Shown: piece after piece, positions 51,711 to 62,701 of the stretch
Layout of the letters: the number at the start of each line of letters is the position of its first letter
How positions within the stretch are numbered: the stretch's first letter is position 1
Assembly (NCBI GenBank): GCA_036172245.1
Contig: JAYWIR010000005.1
Location: 2,418,001 to 2,482,000, forward strand
Source of the DNA: Raillietiella orientalis
Lineage: Eukaryota
Direction of reading: 5' to 3'
Length of the DNA stretch: 64,000 nucleotides
The notes under the pieces: generated by a model
Databases searched by the model: none
The model's input: only the letters and a program-made list of their open reading frames with translations
Told to the model about the DNA's origin: nothing
Translations under genes and position numbers: made by a program

Positions 51711-54705
51711 TTTGCTACCCGGATATGCCGGGGCATTGATTATTCCAATTTTTTACAAAAATTAGATAATAAAGACTTTAAAAAGATGCTTTCTGTGGGA
51801 AAACACAGGGTTCTCCCACCTTGCTCGAAGTGTCGGTTGCCGGTGCATAGACCGGTTAGGTCCATTCCCGAGACGCGTGGGAAGGGAAAACTGGAACAAA
51901 AACAAACAAAAAAAGAGATAACGGGGTGGGAAACAGTTATATGGGGAGAAAAAAGGGCAGGAAAGGGATCACTGGGCGCCTGGGTCGGTCCTTTGCATCC
52001 TGTTGAGAATGCAGTCAAGTTCAGTTTTCATTGTGAAAGGTAGACGCCACTTTGTCGCCGTCTCTAAAGAGATCGTCGTCCAGTGGATGGCGTCCCTGCA
52101 TCTTGGGCCTCTTCTTCTGGTGTGCCACCTTTGCACAATGCCGCGCACGCAGCAGAGGAATGCTAGAGACGCAGTGGGGCGCAGGCCGTCACGCAGAAAG
52201 AGGCGACGGTAAATTTCCTTAGGGTCGCCTACTGGAAGATGGAGGATTGGGGCGATTCTACTCCAGAGTCCATCCAGGGCGACACACTCGAGGGTGAGAT
52301 GCGGGAAGGTTTCTCTTTCTCCGCACTCGACACAGCGGGCATCCACATTTCCCAGTGTCCAGTGAGACAGGCGTGCTCTGCTTAACAGTCCCCAGTGCAG
52401 AAATAGCAACGCCGTCTCCTGCCACTTCAACGGAAGTGTGCCGCAATCCCAACACGCTGGGGGCCACTTCACCTCCTCCGGAGGTATTGCGAGCAGAACT
52501 CCCCAGCGCGCAATTCCGTGAGGCGGGACGCTCGGGGTGGCAGTGTCCGTGTGCTCCCGAGTCGTCCACGCCTTTGAAGGTTTTTTCCTGCCTCGGATGA
52601 AGTAGGACACTTCCCACGATGCCAGCTCGTTGCTAGTCCTAGGGTTTTTCAGGGAGAACAGAACGAAGGCAAGGGGACTGAAAGAAGCCCACAGAAACTT
52701 CCGGGGCATGTTGATAATCTCCTACAGCGGCTGTCGAGCGTACGGTCCTCGTCGTAGGCAGTTGTATTCCGCCTCGCTCGTGCCGTTGATCTTAGCCCAC
52801 GCGGAAGCTGACTCCTGAAGCCAGGCAGTGCAGTTCGCGGGAAGGCAGGAGATCCAGGTATTCTCCCTTATCAGGGCGACCATCTGGCGCAAATCAAGAC
52901 CACAGCTGGAGAGGTTGCGCTAATAGGCCACGAGGATCGAGGACAATCCTTCGCAGCCGGTCGCTCTTCTTGCGAGGAGCCGTGCAGGATCGCACCATGG
53001 CGTCATCCATAAGCTAGCCGCAAGGGCTAACTTCCGAAGTGTTGTCTGTAGTTGGATGCGCTCCAACGTAAGGAGGCCCAAGCCACCATCCCTGCGTGGA
53101 GCGCACAAGTGTTTCAATCGGAATCGCGACCTCCCTGTGCCCCAAAGGGCAGTCCTCAAGAGGGCTTTGGTCCGTCTCTGTATGATGGGAGGGGCGGAGC
53201 AAACAAAAAGTAAGGGGCAATGGAGAGGGTCCGCGAACGTGTTCCACACCGCGGCCCGCTCCTGCAAGTAAAACTTGCCGTTCCGGAACGGGCCGATCGC
53301 CAACTCCACCTTTTGGAGACGGTCGGACCAGGCTTCTGCAACGCAGAAGTCCCCCAACGGAACGCCAAGGTACTTGAAGCACCTGCCCGTGGGGATCCCC
53401 AAGCGGATCGAGTCCGGTCGTCCGGACCACGCCGTATTGTTGAAAAGTAGTGGTGATGTTGGAACGATGGAAGATTTCTCTCTGTTCACCTCGAGGCTCT
53501 TCCCGAGGCGCAGCAACTCAAAGAAATCTTCGAGCGCCAACGCCAGGGTGGACCCGGAGAGCAGGAGCAGAAGGTCGTCGGCGTAGGCCGACACGGCAGG
53601 CGTGCCGGGACACGAGCTTGGCAGGGTTGCCAGAGTCTCCCTGTATGCCCTCAGCACCAGGTCGAAGTAGATGCTGAAGAGCATGGGTCTCAGACTGTCA
53701 CCCTGCCTTATGCCACGACGAACCGGCACGCCGTACACGTGCCGGCCGCTAAAAGAGATGTTTATTAGAGCGAAGCGCCAGCAAAAGCGCAGGTAAGCCC
53801 GGAAGACTGCCGGGAATCCCAAGCGTTCCAGGAGCTCCAGAAGGAGTTCCTGGTCGACGCAATCGAACGCTTTACGCAGATCGACTGCGACCGCAAGGGC
53901 ACCGGGCGCGGCTCCTCCATGAAGGGCGTTTCCTTCCTGGTCAGAGGAGAATCCAGGATTCTCTTGAGCTCCCTGGTCTTCGCTTCGTTGCAACTGCCGC
54001 CATGTACTGGCGAGGAACAGGTTTGCCTCCATGCTTCGTCCGGGAACAGCGTATGTCTGCTCCGGACTCACCACGGATTCCGCCACCCGTCCCAGTCGCT
54101 CAGCTTAAAGCTTAGCAAGCAACTTCGCATCCGCATTCACTACTGTGATGGGACGCCAGTTGCCTACGTTACGATTGTCTCCTCCTTTCGGCAGGAGACG
54201 TACCTTAGCCGACCGGAACGATTTGGGGACGTCCCCTTGTTCTCGGATCAGCATGCATAGCCGATGCATTAGGGGGGCCAGCTCCGCCACGAAGCCTTGG
54301 TAGAACTCCGCGGGCAGACCGTCTTCTCCTGGTGCTTTCCTCTTTTGGAGCTTTCCGATGACGGAGACCATCTCCGCCATCGAGAAAAGCTCCTCGAGTT
54401 GATGTGTCTGCTCCTCCTGTAGCGCGGGGGCGCCTTGCGGTACCAAGCGCTGCGCCACGGCGCGCTCTGTTATTCTACGCGCGTACAAGGAGGAGTAATA
54501 GTCCCACAGGATGCGGTTTATTCTCTCCGGAGCTGAGCATTCTTGGCCTTGGGCGTCCAGCAAGCTGGCCGACCCGGATTGCCAGGTCTGTCGCTCAGCC
54601 CCAGCTTTATACTCCGCCAGGCGTCAAACGTCGGGAGTCCTAGAGTAAAGACGGGCGTGGTGGTATGTCCGGTCGTTACTCAGCCCTCCGCCGAATCCCT
54701 TGGCG
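51711..54705 (-). mobile_element. Retrotransposon H 3' segment (linker GFG to the 3' end), antisense in E; host of B2/B3
   Basis: ORFs 54105..54563, 52920..54086 (DLRKAFD, YADD), 51969..52709 (CVEC..HLTLEC); terminal GCCCCGGCATATCCGGGTAGCAAA. Confidence 0.88.
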
Positions 54706-54716
54706 AGTGGACGTGT
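54706..54716 (+). promoter_or_regulatory. Conserved 5'-terminal (G/A)GACGTG motif, candidate internal Pol II promoter element (DPE-like)
   Basis: Present at all six A-E 5' ends: 13049, 22138, 31448(-), 33766(-), 43002, 54709, and also 60373. Confidence 0.6.
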
Positions 54717-54794
54717 GTTTCCTTCGCCCCCGAGTGAGTCGACAGGAAGCGGTTTTTTGTTGCGTTGTTTAGTGTGGAACATCGTTGGTATCCG

Positions 54795-56552
54795 ATGGCA
54801 GCGATGCCTGAGGACACCACGATGGAGGTAGGTGTAGGGGAGGCTTGCCCATCCCCACAGCCTACAGAATCTGGGGCGTCCGCCCCGGAATCGCCCTCGC
54901 CGCTCAAGGCAAGGAGCTGGAGCGCCATGGTGGCCGCGCCGAGCGCGGAAACCATGGCCGAGATGGCGGCCTACCGGGCAGCTGGATACAAGCCCAGCTT
55001 GGTTTACCAGGTAGGCAATCTCTTTGACGGGCGAACTGCACGCGCTTTTTCGAAAGCGCTGCAGAACGCCAACGTGTTGGAAAAGGACCTTGACGGTCTA
55101 TCCGTGCTCAGCGGGGGTCAGCGCGTCGAGGTTGTCTGCAAGGACATCACCTTGGCGCAAAGCTTGATAACCACCCCGCTGAACGTGGACGGACGCAAGA
55201 TCCTACCAGTCACGATGGACCGCTCCGTAGTGGTACATCTGACAGGGATCACCAGCCGCATGACGCGGTCTGCGGTTGGTGATCAATTAAGAAAGTATGG
55301 AGATGTTCACGCGCTATGGCCAAAGGCCACAATCTTCGATGGCTACGATAGCCTTTTCGGAGGGCAAGCCGCCGCGCGCGTGACGGTGAAGGAGAGTGGG
55401 CTTCCCCACAAACTAGAGGTCAATGGCGAAGTCGTAGACCTCTGGTACGTGGGGAAACCCCGCTTGTGTGGCTACTGCAATGCAGTAGGACACTTGCGCA
55501 AGCGGTGCCCGAACATTGTGTGCCACTTATGCGGGGAGAAGGGCCACGTACGCCGCGTATGCCCTAAACGCCCCACTCCGGTGCCGCCTGCTGCAAAGAA
55601 AGCACAGGCAAAACGCGGTAAACTGGTCGAAAGACCAAAAAGAGATACTTGCCGGCAGCAGCCGCTAGCCCCTGTTCCTCCCACACAGGCGTCGGAAGAA
55701 AAACCCTCCGAAGACGCGGGAGTCCAAGACGGCTGGCAGCTGGTCAAGGCCAGGTAGGAGAAAAACGTGCACCCCGCGGAACCCGCGAAAGCGGTACAAA
55801 AGACAGCCGGCAAGGCGAAAAATCCTGGGCCGCGCTCTAAGACCATGCGGGAGTGTACGGTAGCACTGGAGCGCATAGCCGTTCCCGAGATTGCCGCCCG
55901 GGGCGAAGAGCCTTGCCTCGCCGTTTCCGCCGCGCCCGAGGTTCGCGACGGCGAACCCTCTGTTTACACAGAGGGTGAGCCGCGCGAAATAGCGACGGTC
56001 GAAGCCGAGGACGCCGCGTTCGCAAAGGCGGCGGAGGAGCGCGCGGCCACGGTGGCGGAGCGTGAGAACCCCTCGCGCAAGGCCGTGCTAAGGCCGGCTC
56101 CCGCGAAAAAGTCCCCCACAGGTGAGTCGGACCTGGAGGCCGGAAGTGCATCCCCCTCCTCGGAGGCACCCCCCAGGAAGTCGGGACGCAAGTCCCAGAA
56201 ACCCAGGAGGCGCCTCCCCACCACCAGCGAAGAGGAGAAGCAGGAAGGTAGCGGTAGCGTGGGAATCCCGGAGGGGGAACTCCCACGCTCGGAAGCCGTC
56301 GAGCCGGCCACCCCCATGAAGGAGGGTGAGCAGGGGGGCGAAGTCCTCCCTGCAGTCGCCGAGCCTGAACAGCCCGCCCTCATGGAGGAGGGCCAACAGG
56401 TAGGCGCGACCCCACCTAAGGGTGACCCGCTCGACGCGCCGTTACCCATGAAGGAGGGGGACCAGGTGCACGCAGCGCCTGACCCTCCTCCTCCACCTAG
56501 CGTCCCGCCCCAACAGGTGGCGGACGCCGCATCGCCATCTTCCCAGGAATAA
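54795..56552 (+). pseudogene. B2 ORF1, gag-like; one in-frame TAG at 55755-55757
   Basis: ORFs 54765..55757 and 55767..56552 in the same frame; two CCHC knuckles. Confidence 0.9.
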
Positions 56553-59500
56553 CACCTGGGCTCGCCAGTCGCCGTCGGATTCGCGCCGCCTGTTGGAACG
56601 TCAACGGGCTGCGCGACGACGGTAACAGGCGAGATACCGCCGACACCCTGCGTGAGTTCGACCTGGCCCTGCTGCAGGAGATCCCCGTGATCACCGCGGA
56701 AGATGCCCAGGAGATCGAGACAATCGCGGGGGGTCGGCTGTATTGGCGGTGCGGCCTCCGCAACACCTGCGGGGTCGCGTTCTTCTTGAAGCCGGCCATC
56801 GACGCGGCCGTGAAGGGCTTGCGCTTCGATGACGACGGTCGGGACGGTCAGCTGATTCTCAGCTGGTCCGACTCGATCGAATTGATCGTCACGAATGTGT
56901 ACGCCCCCAGCGGTAAACAGGAATACAGCGACCGTACCAGGCTGCTGGATTCCCTGAAGCGCGACTGCCTGGCGGACACGAACGTGCGGAAGGCTCACCT
57001 GATAGCGGGAGATTTCAATCTCCGTCTGCTAACAGGTGAGCCAGAAACACAAGAGAACGCGATGAACGAGTTGTGCGCCGCCATGCGTACGTGCAACTTG
57101 TTCGCGGGTGAGAGGGGAATGGTCCGCAGCATCGACCACGTCTTCCTCGACGCTGACCTGTGTTCACGGGTCGGCAAACGGGGGAGGGTTGGGTCGACGT
57201 TGTCGGACCATTCCCGGTTAATTTTCGAGATGCGGCCTCGTGACAAGGGACCGCCATCCAGGGCTTGGCGTCTGCCGGGGGACTGGACGCGACTCTCAGG
57301 TGCGAGGGAATACCTTCGCGAACACCTGAGAGGTGTCACGCTCCGGAATCTCCAGGACTGGAACCTTTTTAAGGAATCGGTCCGCGAGTTCTGTGAGCAG
57401 TTCCCCCTGGATCGCCTGCCCACCGGATTCGGCGAGAGTGCTCGCAACCATCGGGCCTATTTACAGGCTCGTAGATAAGAGAGAACCCCTAATGTTCGTC
57501 GCCTGGCCGAGTACCGCGCCGGGGCCGAACGCCAAGCCTGGCAATCCGGGTCGGCCAGCTTGCTGGACGACCAGGGCCGGGAATGTTCGTCCCCGGCGTC
57601 GGTACGGCATCTAGTGCGGAGTTTCTATTCCTCCCTTTACGCCAGGGAGCCCCCGGATCGAAACGCCTCTCGGCGCTTGCTTCCGGATGGCGCCCCGGCA
57701 ATAGGGGAGGAGGAGATGGAAAGCTTCGACGAGCCTTTTACCACCGGCGAAATTCTCGCCGGTATCAAAAGGCTCAAGAAGCGTAAAGCTCCAGGAGAAG
57801 GCGGCTTGCACGCGGAGGTCTTTCAGAGCTTCGCGGAAGAGCTGGCACCCCTGCTGCTTAAGTTGATCAGGCTGATCCGAGACGAAGGCGATGTTCTCGC
57901 CTCGTTTCGCTCAGCCAGAGTGAGGCTCCTGCCGAAAGGGGGAGACCTCAGGGATTTAAAGAACTGGCGTCCGATCACGATCGTGAATACGGACGCCAAG
58001 TTGATCGCAGGGCTATGGGCTTCGCGTCTGGGGCAGGTGGCAGAATCCGTAATTATCCCGGAGCAGACTTATGCTGTTCCCGGGCGAAGTATGGATGCCA
58101 ACCTCTTCTTCGCACGCACATGGGTGCACCTGCAGAGAAGAGAGAAGAAAGGGATAGGGAAAGTCGGCAACCCCACATTGGGGCCGCCAGCCGGGCTGGG
58201 AAGGGAACCCCGGGCAGGGAAGGGGGCCCTAGCGCTCGCAGTCGATCTCCACAAAACGTTCGACTGTGTAGACCAGGAACTTCTCTTGGAGCTCCTGGGT
58301 CGCATGGGCTTTCCACCCTCCCTGATTTCCTACCTGCGCTCTTGCTGGCGGATTGCGATAATTACCGTCTCTTTCAGCGGTCAAAAGGTGTATGGCGTGC
58401 CGGTGCGGCGGGGCATAAGGCAGGGAGATAGCCTCAGCCCCCTGCTCTTCAGCACCTACTTTCAGTTGGTGCTGAGAGCGTACAGGGTGACTTTGGCCCC
58501 ATTGCCGAGCTCGTGCCCCGGCACGCCCGCCGTAGCAGCGTACGTCGACGATCTTCTGCTTTTGTTGCCAATGTCCACCCCGGCAAAGGCGGTCGGAGAC
58601 TTCTTCGATCTGCTCAGCCGCGGGACCGGACTGCAGGTTAACAGGGCGGAGTCGTCGGTTGTGCCAATAGGTGCGGCGTGGGCAGGGCAGCAGGACTGGG
58701 TCCGCCTGGGGATCCCCACGGCGAGGTGCTTCAAGTACCTTGGTGTGCCGTTGGGGGACTACTCCCCTGCGGAAGCGTGGTCCAGCTGCCTCCAAAAAGT
58801 CGAGACGGCGATCGGCCCGTTCCTGGAAGGCAAGTTTCACTTGCCGGAACGGGCCGCGGCTTGGAACGCCTTCGCGGCCCCCATCCTCCGCCCCTTGCTT
58901 TTTGTTTGCCCCCCCACCGTGGAATCCAAGAAGAGGACGAAGGACCTCCTCCGTATCGCCCTTTGGAGCAAGGGGAGGCCCCGAGTCCCACTGAAGGACT
59001 TGTGCGCTCCGCGTCGGGACGGCGGTCTTGGCCTCCTGACGCTGGAGCGCGTGGAGAAGCAGCTGCGGTGGCAACCCTCGCGATCGCAGCGAAGATGTGG
59101 AGCACCCCTTGGTGCACTCCGGCCCGCCTCCTGGCCAGCCGTGTGTCCCGGTGCGATGGACTCGCGTCTTTTCTTCTGAGCCGTGGCCGGAAGATGCGAA
59201 GATGCGGCCTACTTCTCGGGCGCATGGCAACATTGGCCAAGGAGAACAGCTGGATGGTTTGCTGCCCCGCCAACTCCCCCGCCTGGCTGGAGGAGAATAT
59301 TGGAACGTGGGCAGTAGTTAAGCAGAGAAGCCACGAGACGTGGAATCGTCTCCGATGCAGCCCCTACGCCCGCTGCACGCTGCGGAATCTCCTGGAGAGT
59401 CCAGCAAGATGCACGTGGGCAGAGACGACCTGCCTAGCTACGGCGCTGCCCTTCCTAAGGAGGGCACTTCACAGCACCCGGACGCCTAGGTGGCAAGTCT

Positions 59501-60147
59501 CCTGCTGCATCGAGGGACGCAAGAAGTTGATCAGCGGCTGGACAACAGGAGAACTGGCCGACGGCACGACCCCGAGCGTCCAGCCGCGAGGATTAGTAAG
59601 ATGGGGCTAGCTGCTCGCCATCCCCAGGGATGAGCTGAAGTGGCCCCCGGTGATGAAGGAATCCAGGATCCTGCCCCTCAAGTGGCAAGAGTCGGCGTTG
59701 CTTTTGTTGCATTGGGGTCTACCCTGCAACGCGCGCCGCTTCCACTGGACGAGGGGAGCTGTGGATCCTGCGTGTGCCAGGTGCGGGGAGCGGGAGTCTC
59801 TCCCCCACCTTATTGTGGATTGTGCTGCCCTCCGACCCCTTTGGGAACGGTGCGGGACGACCCTCGGGCTCCCTACAGGCAGCACTTCCAGAGACGTTCT
59901 TCGGCCCCTCTTCGTGAAGGACGCACTGCAGCCAGCCGCAGCCATCGCAGCCTTGTGCTGCGTCCGTGGCATCGTGGGGGCATGGAGCGACGACAACAAC
60001 GAAGGAGTGGGTCCACAGGCGAGGGATGTCATCCCCTATGCCAAACGCTTCTTGCGAAGAGCTGCCGTATGGCTCCAACTGGGGAATATGCAGACTGACC
60101 TCGAGGGCTTCGTTCGACGAATGGGCCCTCCCCACAGCGACCAGTGA
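56552..60147 (+). pseudogene. B2 ORF2 APE-RT-CCHC (about 1200 aa); stops at 57476 and 59608, frameshift near 59075; YVDD
   Basis: ORFs 56687..57478, 57560..59179, 58678..59610, 59650..60147. Confidence 0.92.
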
Positions 60148-60352
60148 TCCCTTCCCTGCCCTCCAACTTCTTTTTGTTTGTTTCTTTTTATTTTACTTTT
60201 TGTCTTATCCTTATCCCCCTTCGCTGTCGGGGAGTGCCACGCCGGGCTGCGTCCCGGTGTCCCGACAGGTCGTGGGTTTACGGCCGTGGTGGGGCCTTGT
60301 ACCACGCAGGTAGAGTTTATTAATAAACGCCCCTGGCGTACCCGGGTGATAA
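60145..60352 (+). other. Structured 3' UTR: TGATCCCT at the stop, U-rich tract, CUGCGU-loop hairpin, AATAAA, terminal CCCGG/CCGGG hairpin
   Basis: Similar architecture at ten 3' ends (3213, 6569, 10687, 18943, 19940, 27736, 39344, 51711, 60352, 62702); degenerate in some copies and extended in subfamily A. Confidence 0.75.
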
Positions 60353-60369
60353 CGCCAACTCCCTTGGCG

Positions 60370-62701
60370 AGTGGACGTGTTTTTCCTTCGCTCTCGAGTG
60401 AGTCGACAGGAAGCGGTTTTTTCTTGTGTTGCTTGGTGTGGAACATCGTTGGTGTCCGATGGCAGCGTTGCCTGAGGACACCAAGATGGAGGGAGGTGTG
60501 GGGGAGGCTTGCCCACCCCCACAGCCTACAGAATCAGGGGCGTCCGCTCCGGAATCGCCCTCGCCGCCCAAGGCGAGGAGCTGGAGCGCCATGGTGGCCG
60601 CGCCGAGCGCGAAAACCGTGGCAGAGATGGCGTCTACCGGGCAGCTGGGTACAAGCCCAGCTTGGTATACCAGGTAGGCCCCTTGTTTGATGGAAAAACG
60701 GCACGCGTGTTTTCGAAAGCGCTGCAAAACGCCGGAGTAAGAGAACAAGATCTTGACGGTTTGTCCGTTCTCAGCGGAGCTCAGCGAGTCGAGGTGGTGT
60801 GCAATGAGATCACCTTGGCTCAGGCTCTGATCACCAACCCGCTGAACGTCGACGGCCGCAAGATCTTGCCAGTGACGATGGACCGCTCCGTGGTAGTCCA
60901 TCTCACTGGAATAACGAGCTGTATGAGTCGCTCTGCGGTCGCACAAGAACTGCAGAAGTTCGGCGAGGTGCACGCGCTGTGGCCTAAGCCAACAATCTTT
61001 GAAGGCTTCAATAGCCATTTCGAAGGCCAGGCTGCAGCGCGGGTAACCGTGAGTAAGGATTGTGGGCTTCCCCACAAGCTGGAGGTCGCGCAAGAGAGCG
61101 TGGACCTCTGGTACGTGGGAAAGCCCCGGTATTGCGGCTACTGCGATACCGTAGGACACCTTCGCAAGAGGTGTCCTAACATCCAATGCCACATGTGCGG
61201 GGAGAAGGGCCACGTTCGACATGTGTGCCCAAAACGCCCCACCCCGGTTCCTCCTGCCGCGAAAAAGGCGCAGGGGAAACGCGCACTAAAGGTCAGAAGA
61301 CCTAACGCGGACGCTGGCCGGCTGAAGCTGCCAGATCCTCAACCTCCAAAAGAAAAAACGGAGGATAAACCTTCCCAAGAGGCAGTAGGTGAAGAGGGCT
61401 GGCAACTTGTAGCAGCCAGAAAAGAGAGAAAAGCTCTTTTAAAGGAGAAGAAAGAGAAGCCGGCCGGTAAGGCAAAAAATCCCGGGCCGCGTTCGAAAAC
61501 CGTACGCGACTAAACGGTGGCACTGGAACGTATCGTCGTTCCGGAAGATGCCACCGGGGCGACGAGCCTCCCCTCGCCGTTTCCGTCGCGCCCGAAGTTC
61601 GCGACGGCGAACCCTCTGTGCAAACAGAGGGTGAGCCGCGCGACGCGCCGGTCGACACCGAGGACGCCGCGTTCGCAAAGGCGGCGGAGGAGCGCGCGGC
61701 CACGCTGGCGGAGCGTGAGAACCCCTCACGCAAGGCCGTGCGAAGGCCGGCTCCCGCGAAAAAGGCCCCCACAGGTTAGTCGGACCTAGGGGCCGCAAGT
61801 CCATCCTCCTCCTCGGAGGCATCCCCCAGGAAATCGGGACGCAAGTCCCAGAAACCCAGGAGGCGGTTCCCCTCCACCAGCGAGGAGGAGAAGCAGGAAG
61901 CTAGCGGTAACTTGGGAATCCCGGAAGGGGAACTCCCACGCTCGGAAGCCGTCGAGCCGTCCACCCCCATGGAGGAGGGTGAGCAGGGGGGCGAAGTCCT
62001 CCCTGCAGTCGCCGAGCCTGAACAGCCCGCCCCCATGGAGGAGGGCCAACAGGTAGGCGCGACCTCACCTGAGGGTGACCCGCTTGACGCGCCGTTACCC
62101 ATGGAGGAGGGGGACCAGGTGCCCGCAGCGCCTGACCCTCCTCCTCCACCTGGCGTCCCGCCCCAACAGGTGGCGGACGCCGCATCGCCATCTTCCCAGG
62201 AGTAACACCTGGGCTCGCCAGTCGCCGTCGGATTCGCGCCGCCTGTTGGAACGTCAACGGGCTGCGCGACGACGGTAACAGGCGAGATACGGCCGACACC
62301 CTGCGTGAGCTCGACCTGGCCCTGCTGCAGGAGATCCACGTGATCACCGCGGCAGACGCCCAGGAGATCGAGACGATCGCGGAGGGTCGGTTGTATTGGC
62401 GGTGCGGCCTCCGCAACACCTGCGGGGTCGCGTTCTTCGTGAAGCCGGCCATCGACGCTGCCGTAAAGGGCGTGCGGTTTGATGACGACGGTCGGATCGG
62501 TCAGCTGATTCTCAGCTGGTCCGTCAGACCATTCTCAGCGTCAACGTTGTCGGACCATTCCCGGTTAATTTTCGAGATGCGGTCTCCCGACAAGGGACCG
62601 CCATGCAGGGACTAGCGTCTGCCGGGGGACTGGACGCGACTCTCAGTTGCGAAGGAACACCTTCGCGAATACCTGAGAGGCGTCACGCTCCGGAATCTCC
62701 A
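60370..62701 (+). mobile_element. Retrotransposon B3 5' segment, head-to-tail with B2 (ORF1 60459-62205; APE with internal deletion); cut by I
   Basis: 5' UTR same as B2/B1; ORFs 60509..61513, 61912..62205, 62340..62615. Confidence 0.9.

Larger units (their letters stand above)
54706..60352 (+). mobile_element. Full-length uninterrupted retrotransposon B2 (about 5.65 kb)
   Basis: Flanked by CGCCGAATCCCTTGGCG (54689-54705) and CGCCAACTCCCTTGGCG (60353-60369); both termini intact. Confidence 0.95.
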
